The translations under genes and the position numbers were made by a program. Below the pieces are notes generated by a model. It saw only the letters and a program-made list of their open reading frames with translations. It was not told where the DNA came from and searched no databases. This document shows positions 12,571 to 25,035 of a stretch of 64,000 nt of DNA, piece after piece; within the stretch, counting starts at the first letter, position 1; each line of letters begins with the position of its first letter. Origin of the DNA: Octopus bimaculoides. Taxonomy: Eukaryota. The stretch lies in the NCBI RefSeq assembly GCF_001194135.2, contig NC_068981.1, positions 52,798,771 through 52,862,770 of the forward strand, in the 5' to 3' direction.

Positions 12571-13554
12571 ATTCACATATCTAGAAACTAAACTGAATAT
12601 GAAGGAATAAAAAAATTTCCTCGAAACCGTATTTCTTTAACATAAAGATTAGATCACATATCCATTCACACGCGAACAATTAAAAATTGCCGTCATGTTT
12701 GTTGAACGCCACAAGAGAAGACAACGCAAGTAAAAAATGAAAATCAGGTCATTTTGAATTGATTAAGGTCATAACATAATTTAGTGATTTATATCAGCTT
12801 TCATTTATTTACATTTCAGCTTAAATAAAAATCTTTGAAAATTCATCAAGCTTTAGAATAATTATGAAATTAATGAACTAGAATCTCACATTATGTGTTT
12901 TTAATTAAACAGAAACAAAGCACAACCAACACCGAACCTTTTATTATTATTTTTTTTTTGCATAATGTCTTTAAGTATAAAACAAAACGTACAATTAATA
13001 CATTTACACGTGCAATTTAGATAATCTAAATAATATAAACAAAACAAAAACAATTTATATTTTTTAAACGAAATAAACAGCTCAAAGTATTCGTTTGAAA
13101 AGAAATTTTCACAGGAATATTTTCAAAGTAGCAGATTAGCAAGGGAACTAATATGGCTGTTTAGTGAGACACGTTCGACTGGCACTATCAACACAAACAG
13201 GCTACTACTTAAAATGAAGAAATATTCGGAATTTTCTTGTATTACATAGAAAATTAATAGAGAGAAAAAAAAATATTCCATCCGAAATGCATTATCACAT
13301 TTGAGTGATACGTTAAGATAAAATAAATATCTCATGGTAAACATTTTATTCAATCGGGGAGTTACAAATACACTCACGCACACACCTAATATATGTAAAT
13401 AGAGGTAGAAATCTATATAAGCAGTATCAGAACTGTGAAAAACAGAACATATTTGTAAAAGATTCCAAAAACAGATTTTCTAAATCAATTCGAAATATTT
13501 AACACAATATTTATTACAGAAAACTGATCACACCCATTCACTTTATATATAAAT

Positions 13555-13572
13555 GATATATATATACATACA

Positions 13573-13620
<48 letters not shown>

Positions 13621-13690
13621 TATACATTATATAATGTATACATAGAACACATATACTTATATATATATATATATATACACAAACACATAC
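13555..13690. repeat. (TA)n microsatellite
   Basis: Directly visible. Confidence 0.9.
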
Positions 13691-14114
13691 GTTCGTCAAT
13701 ATTTACAGATGGATTGCGTAGGTACTTACTCGTTCTACTTATGGTGACGATATTCCAGCGTTAAAAAAAAGTTTTCTTAATGAAGAAATGTATCGATACG
13801 ATGTAATAAACGATAATGAAAAATCAGAGAATAACTTTCTCCAATCACAATAGTGAAAGTAACAAAAGATCCGTTCTGTATGTTTATTTACACTGTCTGC
13901 AAGTAATTTCATGCAAAAAATAGTTGGTTCAAGAAATCCGTCTAAATTGGAGAATTTTTCCTTTCTGTGTTAATAAGTAAAGTTTCCTCAAAGCAACGTT
14001 GTCCATACTACCCTTCATCCCAGCTACCCTGGAATTTCTGACGTTCTAAATGTCAATAACAACGTACAATGTTTACTACAATCCAAAACGGATGATTACT
14101 GAACTCAAATCGGC

Positions 14115-14420
14115 ATAATGGCTGCCATTATAAATGTGTGTTCTACGGGGTCCTATTATTGTGTACCAGAGGGTCCCCACAGTTTTGCATGACGTCATTA
14201 AAATAAGTTATTAAATTAACAAATGATATACAATATTTTCTAAAAATATTGTTAAAATTTTGTTTCAATAAATTAAAAGGAAATATTATTATATGAATTT
14301 AAAAATAAAAGATAAAAGGTTTTCATCATTGATGTCGTCTGCTTGAATAAAGCGCATGCGCTAATGGTATGGCCATTGTCAGTCTGGTTTCGAACCTGAT
14401 TGTCAGCCAGTTGTGAGTCA
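14115..14420 (+). promoter_or_regulatory. CAPS proximal promoter motif cluster (YY1-like palindrome, CRE, NRF1-type palindrome, AP-1)
   Basis: ATAATGGC-T-GCCATTAT 14115-14131; ATGACGTCAT 14189-14198; AGCGCATGCGCT 14351-14362; TGAGTCA 14414-14420. All lie within 375 bp upstream of the ATG in a CpG-retaining region. Confidence 0.6.
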
Positions 14421-14485
14421 AAGACTAGTATATCAGCACCTCTTTAGAGTGAGGGTATTCAGCTCGGGAAAAGTGAATACCTAAT

Positions 14486-15271
14486 ATGCTTGATCCATCA
14501 TCCAGTGAAGAAGAATCAGAAAATGAGACTATCGAAGATGAAAATTCTGATGTTCTTAGTGTACCTAGTGCTGAACGGAGTTTGTCAGCAAGCGGGGATA
14601 ACCTGAGTGTGCAGAGTAGTCGACCTAATACCAGTCAAGCAAGGCCGTCTAGCCCTAGTCCATCACTAATAAGTGAGAGGGAAAAAAGTGAAGATGCCGA
14701 TAAAAATGATGCAAAATCTGAAGAAGAAAGGAAAAGGCGATTGCAGCTTTATGTCTTTGTCATGCGGTGTATTGCTTACCCGTTTAATGCCAAGCAGCCG
14801 ACAGATATGGCCAGGCGACAAACCAAAATCACTAAACAACAGCTGCAGACTATCAAGGATAGATTCAGCGCCTTTTTGAATGGAGAAACTAATATAGTGG
14901 CTGACGAAGCCTTCACGAATGCTGTACAAAGTTATTATGAAGTATTCGTTAAAAGTGATCGTGTGTTAGCAATGGTCAAAAGCGGAGGGTCATCTGCTAA
15001 CGATTTCAGAGAGGTTTTTAAGAATAATATTGAAAAACGGGTGAGGAGTTTACCGGAGATAGATGGTCTCAGTAAAGAAACTGTCCTTAGTTCCTGGATG
15101 ACCAAGTATGATGCGATATTTCGAGGTGAAGAAGATCCTCGAAAACATCCCCAGAGAGGGACCACTGCTGCTTCTGAACTGATTCTTAGCAAAGAGCAAC
15201 TTTATGATATGTTCCAGAATATATTAACTGTTAAGAAATACGAGCATCAAATATTATACAATGCATGTCAG
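14486..15271 (+). CDS. CADPS: CAPS/UNC-31 coding exon 1 (N-terminal acidic/Ser-rich region and dynactin-binding region)
   Basis: ORF begins [12 protein letters not shown] and contains [60 protein letters not shown] and [18 protein letters not shown], all recognisable CAPS motifs. It ends YNACQ at the donor CAG|GTGAGT (GT at 15272). 786 nt, phase 0. Confidence 0.97.
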
Positions 15272-18200
15272 GTGAGTAAATCTCTTTCTGCTATAGAAAC
15301 AATAATTACTATTTTTCCATTGTTTATTTTTCTATCAAGTGATTTCTTTAGTTTACCTGACATTTTCAGATGAAATTCTTTTTTTTTTTTTTTTCATAGA
15401 TCAGGTTTTAGTTTACACGCTCATCCTCACTCCATCGCTTTATATCTATTCTTCTTGTACATGTTCATTATTTTTAGGGGATCCAGTTGTTGAATAATAA
15501 TGATATTCAATGAGTTGTTTCTGACTTGAATTAATATTAACTTGATTCAATAAATACAAAGTGTGGAAAGTAAAATCTCGAAATTATTTTCGTTTTATGA
15601 TAGTTCAGCTTGTATGTCATAACCTAAAAGATTTATCGAATTTATATTAATTCAAGTGAAAAAGCATCTCATTTAATACCTTTATTGCACAACTAGTGGA
15701 TCCCCTAAAATCAATAAAGATAGACAGGAGTAATAGGTAGGAAGAGATAGAGAAAGCTTTGGATCATCGATTACTTGGCAGCAATTGCTCTCAATTTTTA
15801 AGTTTTATTAAGAAATGTAGGAAGTATTTGTATTTTTAATAGTTTCATTTATTGATGAATAAAAAAAAATGTTTAGATCAAATGTATAATAAAATTGTTT
15901 TATTTATTAAAAAAATGAATGAGTTCCTAGTAGTCTTTGATCGTGTTCTACTTGATGAATCCACTGTAATTGCACTTGTGTTTATAGCGTAGTATTTCAC
16001 ACGTATTTAAGTTGATAACATTCTCGAGACGACAGAGATTCAAATTCGCATGAAAACCCATCTAATTTCGCGATGATTTACAAAGAATGAGATCTTTTTT
16101 TCTCTCAAGTTGTTAAGTCCTTGGGGGTTACAAAGATTTAGAAGTTGTGGCAGTTATTTGTTTCCTAACGATATTAGATATTCTGAATATCATTATTGAC
16201 AGTTGCTTCCTTTTGGTATTTTTTTTTTTCATTTACCTTATGATGCTGCATTTTTAGCGATGAAATAACCTGTATAGTTGAATAATATCATTTACATAAC
16301 ACCCTCATTCTGATACTCCTAATAATTTTTTAAAGGTCATTTTGTATTGAACAAATTGTAATACTTAGGTGTCAGTTAATTTCTTTGGTATCACATTATC
16401 GATTGACCCAATGAATTGTCATATCTGCCTATTATTAACAATACTGAGTATTAAAAAAAAAAAATCTTGAAACCTCCGCATTGAAATAATAATTTCTTAA
16501 TCTTCTGATTATGATGTTGGTACTCATTAGACTTTACTCTATTTAAGGGAGCTAATCACCGATTATCTCTGTCTTTTTTCCTCTCCTTCTCCCTCTCCAT
16601 ACATACATACGTACACACATACATACATACATACATACATACGTGTGTGTGTGTAAAAACACACGCACGCAATTTATTTTTAATACATACACACTTGTAA
16701 TAATAGGTCTTCTTGATTCGATCCCTTTTACTTTGCCTTTTCATATCTTTGTAAAATGCGAATATTCAGCTCAACATAGCAAATATCGACTAAATCGTGG
16801 TTAGCTGCTGCTTTTCCTTACATAAAATTTGATTTCTGTTATTGATTTAGATGCTATGAAATCACTCGTCTTGAATGTTGATAGTAGGAGCATTAACCTC
16901 GATTTTGACGAAGTGTACTTAGGATATAAGGCAGAAAAGATTTTTGTATAAAGAGCTTAAATGTGTAAACGTAATTATTTATTTATACTAAGTAGAAGCC
17001 TAACGTACAAATTTTGACCACTATTGATGTTATCTGAAAAAATTAAATATTAAAATTAATGTATGCGAACGCCAGCAACCAGTATGATCTTTTATTAGTA
17101 AAATATTCACATAGATTATGCTTCTGGAATATATAATGAAATATTTTCAATTCATTAAATCATGTTTATGAAGATTATTCCCATTGTTTTTTTTTTGTTT
17201 TTTTAACATTTTGTAATTTTATGAAGGTTTCAAAACTGATATTTGTTGCATATACAAGGACTGTAAAATTTTGGCTGATTTTAATTTTTATAAATTTATA
17301 TAGATAAGTAGTGATTGATAATTTGCATATATGGGCATATATGTATATACATATTCGAGAGTATATTAGTGCTAATAGACAAATAAACCGATTCCTTGTT
17401 GCGGATATTGGTTACATAAAGATATGGCTTGTGATCTCACAAGGGGTACTGAAAGTAAATGTACATTAATTTTATATGATTTTTAAAAGTAAATGTACAT
17501 TTGTTTCAAAATGTATCTAAATTATTTTCAGACTGAAATATATAGAGGACTTTGGTTATAACTCCTTAATCTTTTTAATTCTGATCACCAATACTTATAC
17601 ACCCACCCTGTACAGTTGTCATTCTACTCAAAACCATATTCAATGAGTTTAAGGATAATTAGGAAATGTGAAAATTTTCAGATCAACTGGTTTCTTAGTC
17701 TTGATTATGAACCGGTGTCCCTGCAGAATTTGAATAACTTCCAGTCATTTCTGTGCAAAGCAAGAATTATTAAGTACATAACCAGAATTGAAATTGAATG
17801 CTACCAAACAGGTCTCCCAATTGTGTTTTAAAAGAATCTTATAACTAAAAATGCAATTATGATTTATATAAAGATTATTTAACATTGTTTAAGTTTTATA
17901 GGCACCTAAGCTTAACTTTCTGTATGAATTTCAAATGTTTTGGCCAAGATGAGCATTTCGCAAATCAATATGATTAGTATCATGTTTGTTATGACAGAAT
18001 CTGTTTGAGAGGAAAGATTATCTCTATTTTGTGTAGATTCCTTTGAAGTAAGAAATGGAAAGTATAAACGAGATTCATGTGACTGATATAATGTTTGAAA
18101 AATTGGTGATTACTAGGTATACAGAAAATGGAGTTGCTCAGAGTGATGCAGCTTTAGGAATAAAATATTTTTTTTAAAATGTTAAAAGAAAAATAGCACA

Positions 18201-19132
18201 GGTGGTTCAACATAGCCTTGTGGAAGACAAGTAGCAGAACACTTAACAACCAATGCTTAATATTTGTGCATGACAGTTTAAAGTTTGATTACCATAGAAG
18301 ATGTGGTCATACTGAGTTTATGACCCACAGCTTTTCTTTGTTATCAAAGATATAGCTTATGTACAGAAATGTTTTGATATTTTAGCATAAAAATAAATAA
18401 TTTAATGTAAAGTTTCCTAAGTGACCTGATTCTCTCATCAAATAGCTTTTAGAGGTCATTATCTTAGTAGTTCTGGAGATACAAGGTCAGAGTAATTACA
18501 GAAGAATCTGCTATAAAATATCAGTAAATAAAAGGCAGTTTTTCAAAATATCACTGTCACCATCATTACAGAAAGAAAGGGTCTTTGGGGGGCTTTAAGG
18601 GCTTCTTCTCTAACAGATTTCTTTGTTGCTGTTTCACCATAGATAAAGAAAAATCTACTAGTAAAGTCAGCAAGACTTCAAATGAAAAGCCAATAAGATA
18701 CTTAAAATTAAAAACTGTTGATGAAAACAGTCTTAAGTTGCTGCTAAAAGTATTGTCAGCATGAAGGTAGAAATTTCAAAAAGAATTAACATATATAAAA
18801 AATCAATCATGATTCACTACCAAAATATCAAATAGAAGTTGTTCAAAATAGTACTGAATGCATAAAATGATAAGTACATGTTGACAGAGAATTCAAAGTT
18901 CTACCCAGGTGTGTGTGTGTGTGTGTGCAGATGTAACTGTGTGATTAAGAATGTTGTGTTTAAAACATGATTCTAGGTCCAGTCCCACTTTGTGACACCT
19001 TGAGGAAGTATCCTCTACTATAATCTCAGGGCCAACAAAGACCTTCTGAGTGGAACTGGTTTATAGAAATTAAAAGAAACATATCCATCATGTGCTTGTG
19101 TGTGTGCTTTTATGCATATATGTGTATGTATG

Positions 19133-19141
19133 TACACACAC

Positions 19142-19198
<57 letters not shown>
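19133..19198. repeat. (CA)n microsatellite
   Basis: Directly visible; similar tracts at 25950-25993 and 51331-51412. Confidence 0.95.
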
Positions 19199-19201
<3 letters not shown>

Positions 19202-19679
19202 CAAAGATCCAAAAATAGGTGGAATCAACAAAAATAGTAGTCCATCCAGTGAGAGATAAATACCAGTTTAATACACATTCTGAAAGAGTTACTAATAGTT
19301 TCATGCTTTTACTCATTTCAGCCATGCAGCTGTGGTCATGCCGGAGAACCACCATTTTTGAATACTTTAAATAGGTTTATTTATAAAATATGCCCTGTAT
19401 CTTTGTGCAATCTTCATGTGTTAGATATATTTTAAAAACTAGGTTAATGCAAAAACTGGAAAGAGAAGTGAAAGCCAAATATGATACCCCTCCTCCTTGA
19501 TTGCAGAAACCACGATTAATGCAGCTGGTGTAGAACAAAATAACAAGACAGCAACTCCATTTGGAGTGGGTGGTGTCCTTCAGTTCAACAAAAGAAACCT
19601 GTCCGTGTGTTTGCACCTGCTAAAAATTTAAAATCTTTAATTAAGCAGTGTTGGAATTCTTGGGTCTAAGAAGAATATG

Positions 19680-20410
19680 AGGTCATTCTGTTATGCATAA
19701 ATTGCAGTTCTTAGGCTCATTAATATATGGTTTGGATTTCTCCATGATTCTCCACTTAATTGCATGTGGCGTGGAGTTGGTCTTCAAACTCCACACATAG
19801 CTAGCCAACTTAGCTGCATTATTTTGCCTATGTGGTGGAAAGAAGATAGGTAGTTTGCATAATGTTTCTTGAAATCGCCTTTGCATGACCCGATATAATT
19901 CTTTTCAATAAAGTTATCTTGAAGCATTGCTGTTACTTCTACTTTGTATACGACAGAGTTTATCATACACACATAGTCAAGCGGGCAAGCTTCAGCGTTT
20001 CAACAGTTACAATTGAGAGTGAGCTCTTCGGGATTTTTACGAATTATAATGTTCCTTGTATTTAAGCAGAAACTATGATATTTTAATAAAGCATCTGTTA
20101 AAAATCATCTAGTATTTGTGATTTATTGGGAAATGCTTATCTAAAAGAGACAGGAATGTTTTGTCTGTTTGTTTCAACATTTAGAGTGAAAGGAAGGGCA
20201 AACCAAATTATTTTCCATGATCTATCTTTAAATCTATATTTATGTTTTATATTTTCACTTGAAGGGTTGTAATATAGCTTATCTGTGAAGCCACTGTTAG
20301 CTTGGGTGTTGATATAGTAGGGGGCTGCCTTATCAAATATTTCTTCAGAAGAAGAGAGATTTGATAGCTTATTATTTATGTTAGCTATCAGGATTTTAAA
20401 CATTATAGTA
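19680..20410 (-). mobile_element. Penelope-like element, RT C-terminus plus GIY-YIG endonuclease, frameshifted
   Basis: INNKLSNLSSSEEIFDKAAPYY, IIWFALPF, VVYKVEV...YIGS, LASYVWSLK...IKWRIMEKSKPY...CNLCITE. Confidence 0.88.
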
Positions 20411-20639
20411 GTGTGACAGGGATATATATATATATATGACGGTTTGACTGAGGACTGGCAAGCCAGGAGCCTGCACCAGGCTCCAGTCTCATCTGGCAAA
20501 GTTTCTACAGCTAGCTGCCCTTCCTAACACCAACCACTCTGAGAATGTAGTGGGGGATGCATCTATCTATCTGTCTGTCTGTCTGTCTGCATGCCTGCCT
20601 GTATATATGTATATAATGTATATATAAATAATGGCTAAA

Positions 20640-21730
20640 TGACTTTCGAAAAGATAGAAGCAAGGTAGTGGTGGTCAATGAGGCTGCCTCCAAGAAAACA
20701 TGAATAATAAGTGGTGCTCCATAGGGCACTACCCTGAGGCCACTGCTATTTATAGTGACATCTCTGGCATACCCTCAGCTACTCGAGTAGACACCGTTGC
20801 TAGTTATGCAGCCGATACAAAGGTCTCTCAAAGGATACAGGATCCTGGATATGTTGTACATCCACAATGTGAGTTGGACACAATATACATGTGAGCTGAT
20901 GAAAATAACATGCAGTTTCATGCTGGAAAATTCACAGCCTTGCAGTACCAACATTTGAAGCTCAATGAAAAGCAGATAGGATACACTGGCCCAGGAGGGA
21001 TTGCAATCCCTGAATCAAAATCAATGCATGACCTGGGCATTGACAAGAGTAATGGTGCATCCTTCCAGGCTCACATTACCAACTTGGCAATAAAATGCAG
21101 ATGTCTTGCTGGATGGATCCTTTGAACTTTCAGAACAAGAGAAAATGAAACTATGATGATCCTCTGGGTGACTTACCTCCCGAGCCATCAGGATTACTGC
21201 TCCCAACTATGGTCACAAAACTGTGTAAGATTAATGATGGAACTCTAGGTTATCCAGTGAAGCTACATGAAAAAAATTGACACAATGTGACATATCAGCT
21301 ACTGGGTGACTCTAAAAGAGTTAAAATTCTGCTCTCTGAAGCAAATGCAGGAGAGATATACAGTAATATACAGCTGAAAAATCTTAGTAAAGCTTATTCC
21401 AAACTTTGACATTGTCACTTACACAAACAGCAGGAGGGAGCACCACTGCATAGTACCAAAAATCCCAACATTGCCATGAGAATATATAGGTTCAGATACT
21501 GCAACAACTGAGAGAGCTGCATGGCGTGGATGTAGGCTTTATCAAAACGAAACTAGATCTCTTTCTGTCAAGAGTTCCTGATGAACATACCTCAGGGCAA
21601 GAAAGACAAAGGAGGGCAGCAATGTCAAATTCCCTCCACAACCAAATGCAACGCATCAGAAGAGTTTTCGTAAAAGTGTACCTAAGTACACGGCTGTGCC
21701 ACAGCATGGCCAGGGAACTCAACTGAGAAG
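20640..21730 (+). mobile_element. CR1-like LINE, decayed RT-to-3' end fragment
   Basis: Degenerate GAP*GTTLRPLLF, VASYAADTKV (YADD-like), ENNMQFHAGKF, DLGI...FQAHI and LDLFLSRVPDEHTS; multiple stops and frameshifts. Confidence 0.85.
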
Positions 21731-21780
21731 TAAAACAAAAGAATGCTCTCAAATTATGTGTATACGTGTTCTATGTGTAT

Positions 21781-22205
21781 ATCATCATTGTTTAACGTCC
21801 ACTTTCCATGCTAGCATGGGTTGGACGATTTGACTGAGGACTGGTGAAACCAGATGGCTACACTAGGCTCCAATCTGATTTGGCAGAGTTTCTACAGCTG
21901 GATGCCCTTCCTAACGCCAACCACTCAGAGAGTGTAGTGGGTGCTTTAACGTGTCAACCGCACGAAGGCCAGTCAGGCAGTACTGGCAATGGCCACGCTC
22001 AAAATGGTGTATTTTATGTGCCACCTGCACAAGAGCCAGTCCATGGGCACTGGCAACGATCTCGCTCGAAATTTCTTACACATGCCGCGGGCACAAATGC
22101 CAGAAAAGCGATGCTGGGCACAGGTGCCATCACGATTTGATTTCGCTTGCCCCAGTAAGTCTTCGCAAGCTGAGTTTCATGTCCCAATGAAGGAGACGAC
22201 GTTGG
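21781..22205 (-). mobile_element. SINE-like family B copy
   Basis: (CAT)n-GTTTAACGTCC...TTTCCATGCTAGCATGGGTTGG; internal ~63-bp subrepeats; runs into a gap. Confidence 0.9.
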
Positions 22206-23585
22206 NNNNNNNNNNNNNNNNNNNNNNNNNNNNNNNNNNNNNNNNNNNNNNNNNNNNNNNNNNNNNNNNNNNNNNNNNNNNNNNNNNNNNNNNNNNNNNN
22301 NNNNNGCAGACAGTGTGCAGTTTTTTCTTCTTTGGTGCTTCTCATTCTTTGCTCCACTCCTGGAAAGGAGTTCTGTTTTATGCCCTTGTAGGCAGGGGTG
22401 CTGATGTGCAAAATGACAGTTTGCACCATCATCACTGTGCCAGCAGTTTCCTTGCAGGTAAAATTTGCATATGTTTCTAGTTTTTGTACCTCCTATTTCT
22501 TTTGTCTACATTGTTGGAGACCTCTTTGGAGCAAAAGAGGTCTCCAACAAATAACTAGTCTTGTGGCCTGATATTCTTTTATGTACAAAATCAATATTGC
22601 CTTAATACCAATTTTGTTGAATATGGCTCATTGATATATTCAATACATCATCCTGTTTTTGATAGAAATCATCTTTTCACTATTAAACTTTCATATATAT
22701 ATATTCAATCTGGCATTTATTATTTTACTATTAAGGGTGAAATTAATTCATTATGCATCTGAATATTAAAATTTTTGAATACAGATATTATTTAATATTA
22801 TGAGTATATATATCTAGCATGTGATGCTGAGAAGCTACTTATGAACTGTATTATGTAGATATTAGAATGCTGTTAAATTGTAATTTTATTTTGTTTTGTC
22901 AGATAACTGTGATAATGTGTTAATTATTGATTGCTCACATTGGCAAAGTGTTACAAATTTAGAGAAGAGGAATATGACATCAGATTGAATTTATTTGGCA
23001 TATCCATGCTATTTTATTGATCATTGAAAAGTGTTATATAAAGTTTGTTTGCAAGATTTGAACCTAAAATGTAGAGACGGTGTTGAACACCAAGAAGAAA
23101 TTAATTAGAAGTTTTGCTACTTCTCTAGTGTAATGGATGTTAATGACACAATGTCTGTATAAAGTGAAGTAATTTAATCAATTAATTAATATTTCCACTT
23201 TTTGTTTTGGTGTTTGTGTCTTTTTTTGGCTATGTAATGATTGTATTATTTTTTGTTTAACAGTTATTTTTACTCTTAAGTTGAAGAAAATTTTTACTAT
23301 TTAAAGATGTTTTGTAATTAATTTCAAACTATGAAGTTATTCATTTATTTTACTGTTATCACTGATCAAATAAAAATAAAATATTAATCATAGAGAAAAG
23401 TAACAATTATATTTGTAAGGTAGGAATAACTTGCACACTTTCATATGGTTTTATCATCATGTCACTGAACAAACCCACTTCAGGCATATCTTTATTCTTT
23501 TACATGAAGCTGTATGTATATTAATTAAAGAATTATATTTGGTATAAATATGTGAATCAGAAATTAAGTTTAAATTTTTCTGTTG

Positions 23586-23730
23586 ATATTGATTGGCGTT
23601 AGGAAGGGCATCCAGCCGTAAAAACCATGCCAAAACAAACATGGAGCCTGAACAGCCCTTCAGCTCCTCAGCTTCTGTCAAACCGTCCAACCCATGCCAG
23701 CATGGAAAATGGACGTTAAATGATGATGTT
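23586..23730 (+). mobile_element. SINE 3' tail fragment (family B-type tail)
   Basis: TTGGCGTTAGGAAGGGCATCCAGCCGTA...CCAACCCATGCCAGCATGGAAAATGGACGTTAAATGATGATG. Confidence 0.8.
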
Positions 23731-24039
23731 GATCAACAAATATTTGCTACAAAATATTTTTCATGAAAATTTTTTCTTTGGTATTTAACTGATTGCAAAG
23801 AAAATTCCTACCTTACCTTTACATGTATGCATTTATATGCTTGTGTATGAATATGTATATATCTATGTGTACATGTGTGTGCCCTAGTTATAGCATGACT
23901 TACTAACTTTTGTGTGTATTTTTCTTTCTGAAGGAATTATTTTTAGTTCTACCATTCATCTCTCTTGTTTATTTATTAACCATAACTATTGAACATATAT
24001 ATCTTACCATGTTAGATGCAATGTTTGATGGATCTTCAA

Positions 24040-24830
24040 GCTTCCATATCTTCTTTTTCTAGCTTGGCTTGTGCCTCTGAGTCTCACTAACCACTAACCT
24101 ATGTTAGGTAGTATGTTTTTCATGCAGGAAGAAGTTTGCATTTACAACTATTTGTTTATTCTGCTTTCTAGTGAGAATGTAGTCAATCTGGCTTTTGTGC
24201 TCAACAGAGGTGAGCAGGTGACTAATTGGTTTCTTGAATTTCATGTTGTGGAGTCCTAGATGATTTGCATCACAAAACTCCAAGAGCCTTGTTCTCCACT
24301 CATTGCACACCATACTGTCTACCAAGATGCTGCCCAATCAGTCTGTCAAAGTTATCATTTGTCATTGAGGTACTCTGAAAAGGCATAAAAATGATCTCTT
24401 TGTTCATCTGGCAGTCTCAATTGAGGGGAATAGGCAGAGATAAAAGTTGCCGTCATATTTTCCAAGACTAGTCTCAGGTTAATTATCCAATTGCACACTC
24501 TAGACTACTGTGATCTCTTTATTTATTCATTTCTTTGGTAAAAGTATGCACCCTCTCCCTGCCACACTATTACTATTGGCAACCCAGAAAAATTTATACC
24601 TACATTCTTTACCTGTGAAGAATTTGACTATGGCTTCTGTCTGCAGGCAGCACACATCGATCTGTTTCCATTCTAGCATTTCAACAATCTCATCAGACCT
24701 TCCTTTCAATGAGCCTTCATTGATTGTGGCTACCCTGAGGTTGTGAATTTGATAAGAAGAGTAAGTAGAGAGCTAGAGGATAGCTTTTAGCGCCTGTAAA
24801 GAAGATTTGGTGGAACATTTACCTGCAGAT
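24040..24830 (-). mobile_element. RTE-clade LINE 5' fragment (AP endonuclease)
   Basis: LRVATINEGSLKGRSDEIVEMLEWKQIDVCCLQ, YKFFW and KSQIDYILTRK motifs. Confidence 0.82.
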
Positions 24831-24839
24831 ACAAAAATA

Positions 24840-25035
24840 TTGATTTCAAATTTTGGCACAGGGGCAGCAATTTCAAGGGAGGGGATAAGTCAATTACATT
24901 GATCCCAGTGTTCAACTGGTACTTATATTATTGATCCTGAAAGGATAAAAAGCAAAGTCTACCCTAGTAGAATTTGAGCTCAGATAAAATGCCACTATGC
25001 ATTTTGTTCAGCATGCTAATAATTCTGCCAACTGA
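24840..25035 (-). mobile_element. tRNA-derived SINE family A copy
   Basis: Reverse complement of the 5980-6200 type sequence, including the ...CCAAAATTTGAAATCAAT tail. Confidence 0.75.

Noticed and set aside
13123-13383. Hydrophobic 86-aa minus-strand ORF near the CAPS promoter
   Set aside because: No recognisable motif; hydrophobicity reflects T-rich codons in AT-rich DNA.
14364-14416. Two short upstream ORFs before the CAPS ATG
   Set aside because: The TSS is unknown, so they may lie outside the transcript; short ORFs are expected by chance.
14432-14452. RE1/NRSE-like half site ATCAGCACC upstream of a neuronal gene
   Set aside because: The second half (GGACAG) is absent and REST is not an established molluscan factor.
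15272-15373. C-terminal 33 aa of the 295-aa ORF ([15 protein letters not shown]...)
   Set aside because: Read-through into intron 1 past a consensus GTGAGT donor; CAPS similarity stops at NACQ.
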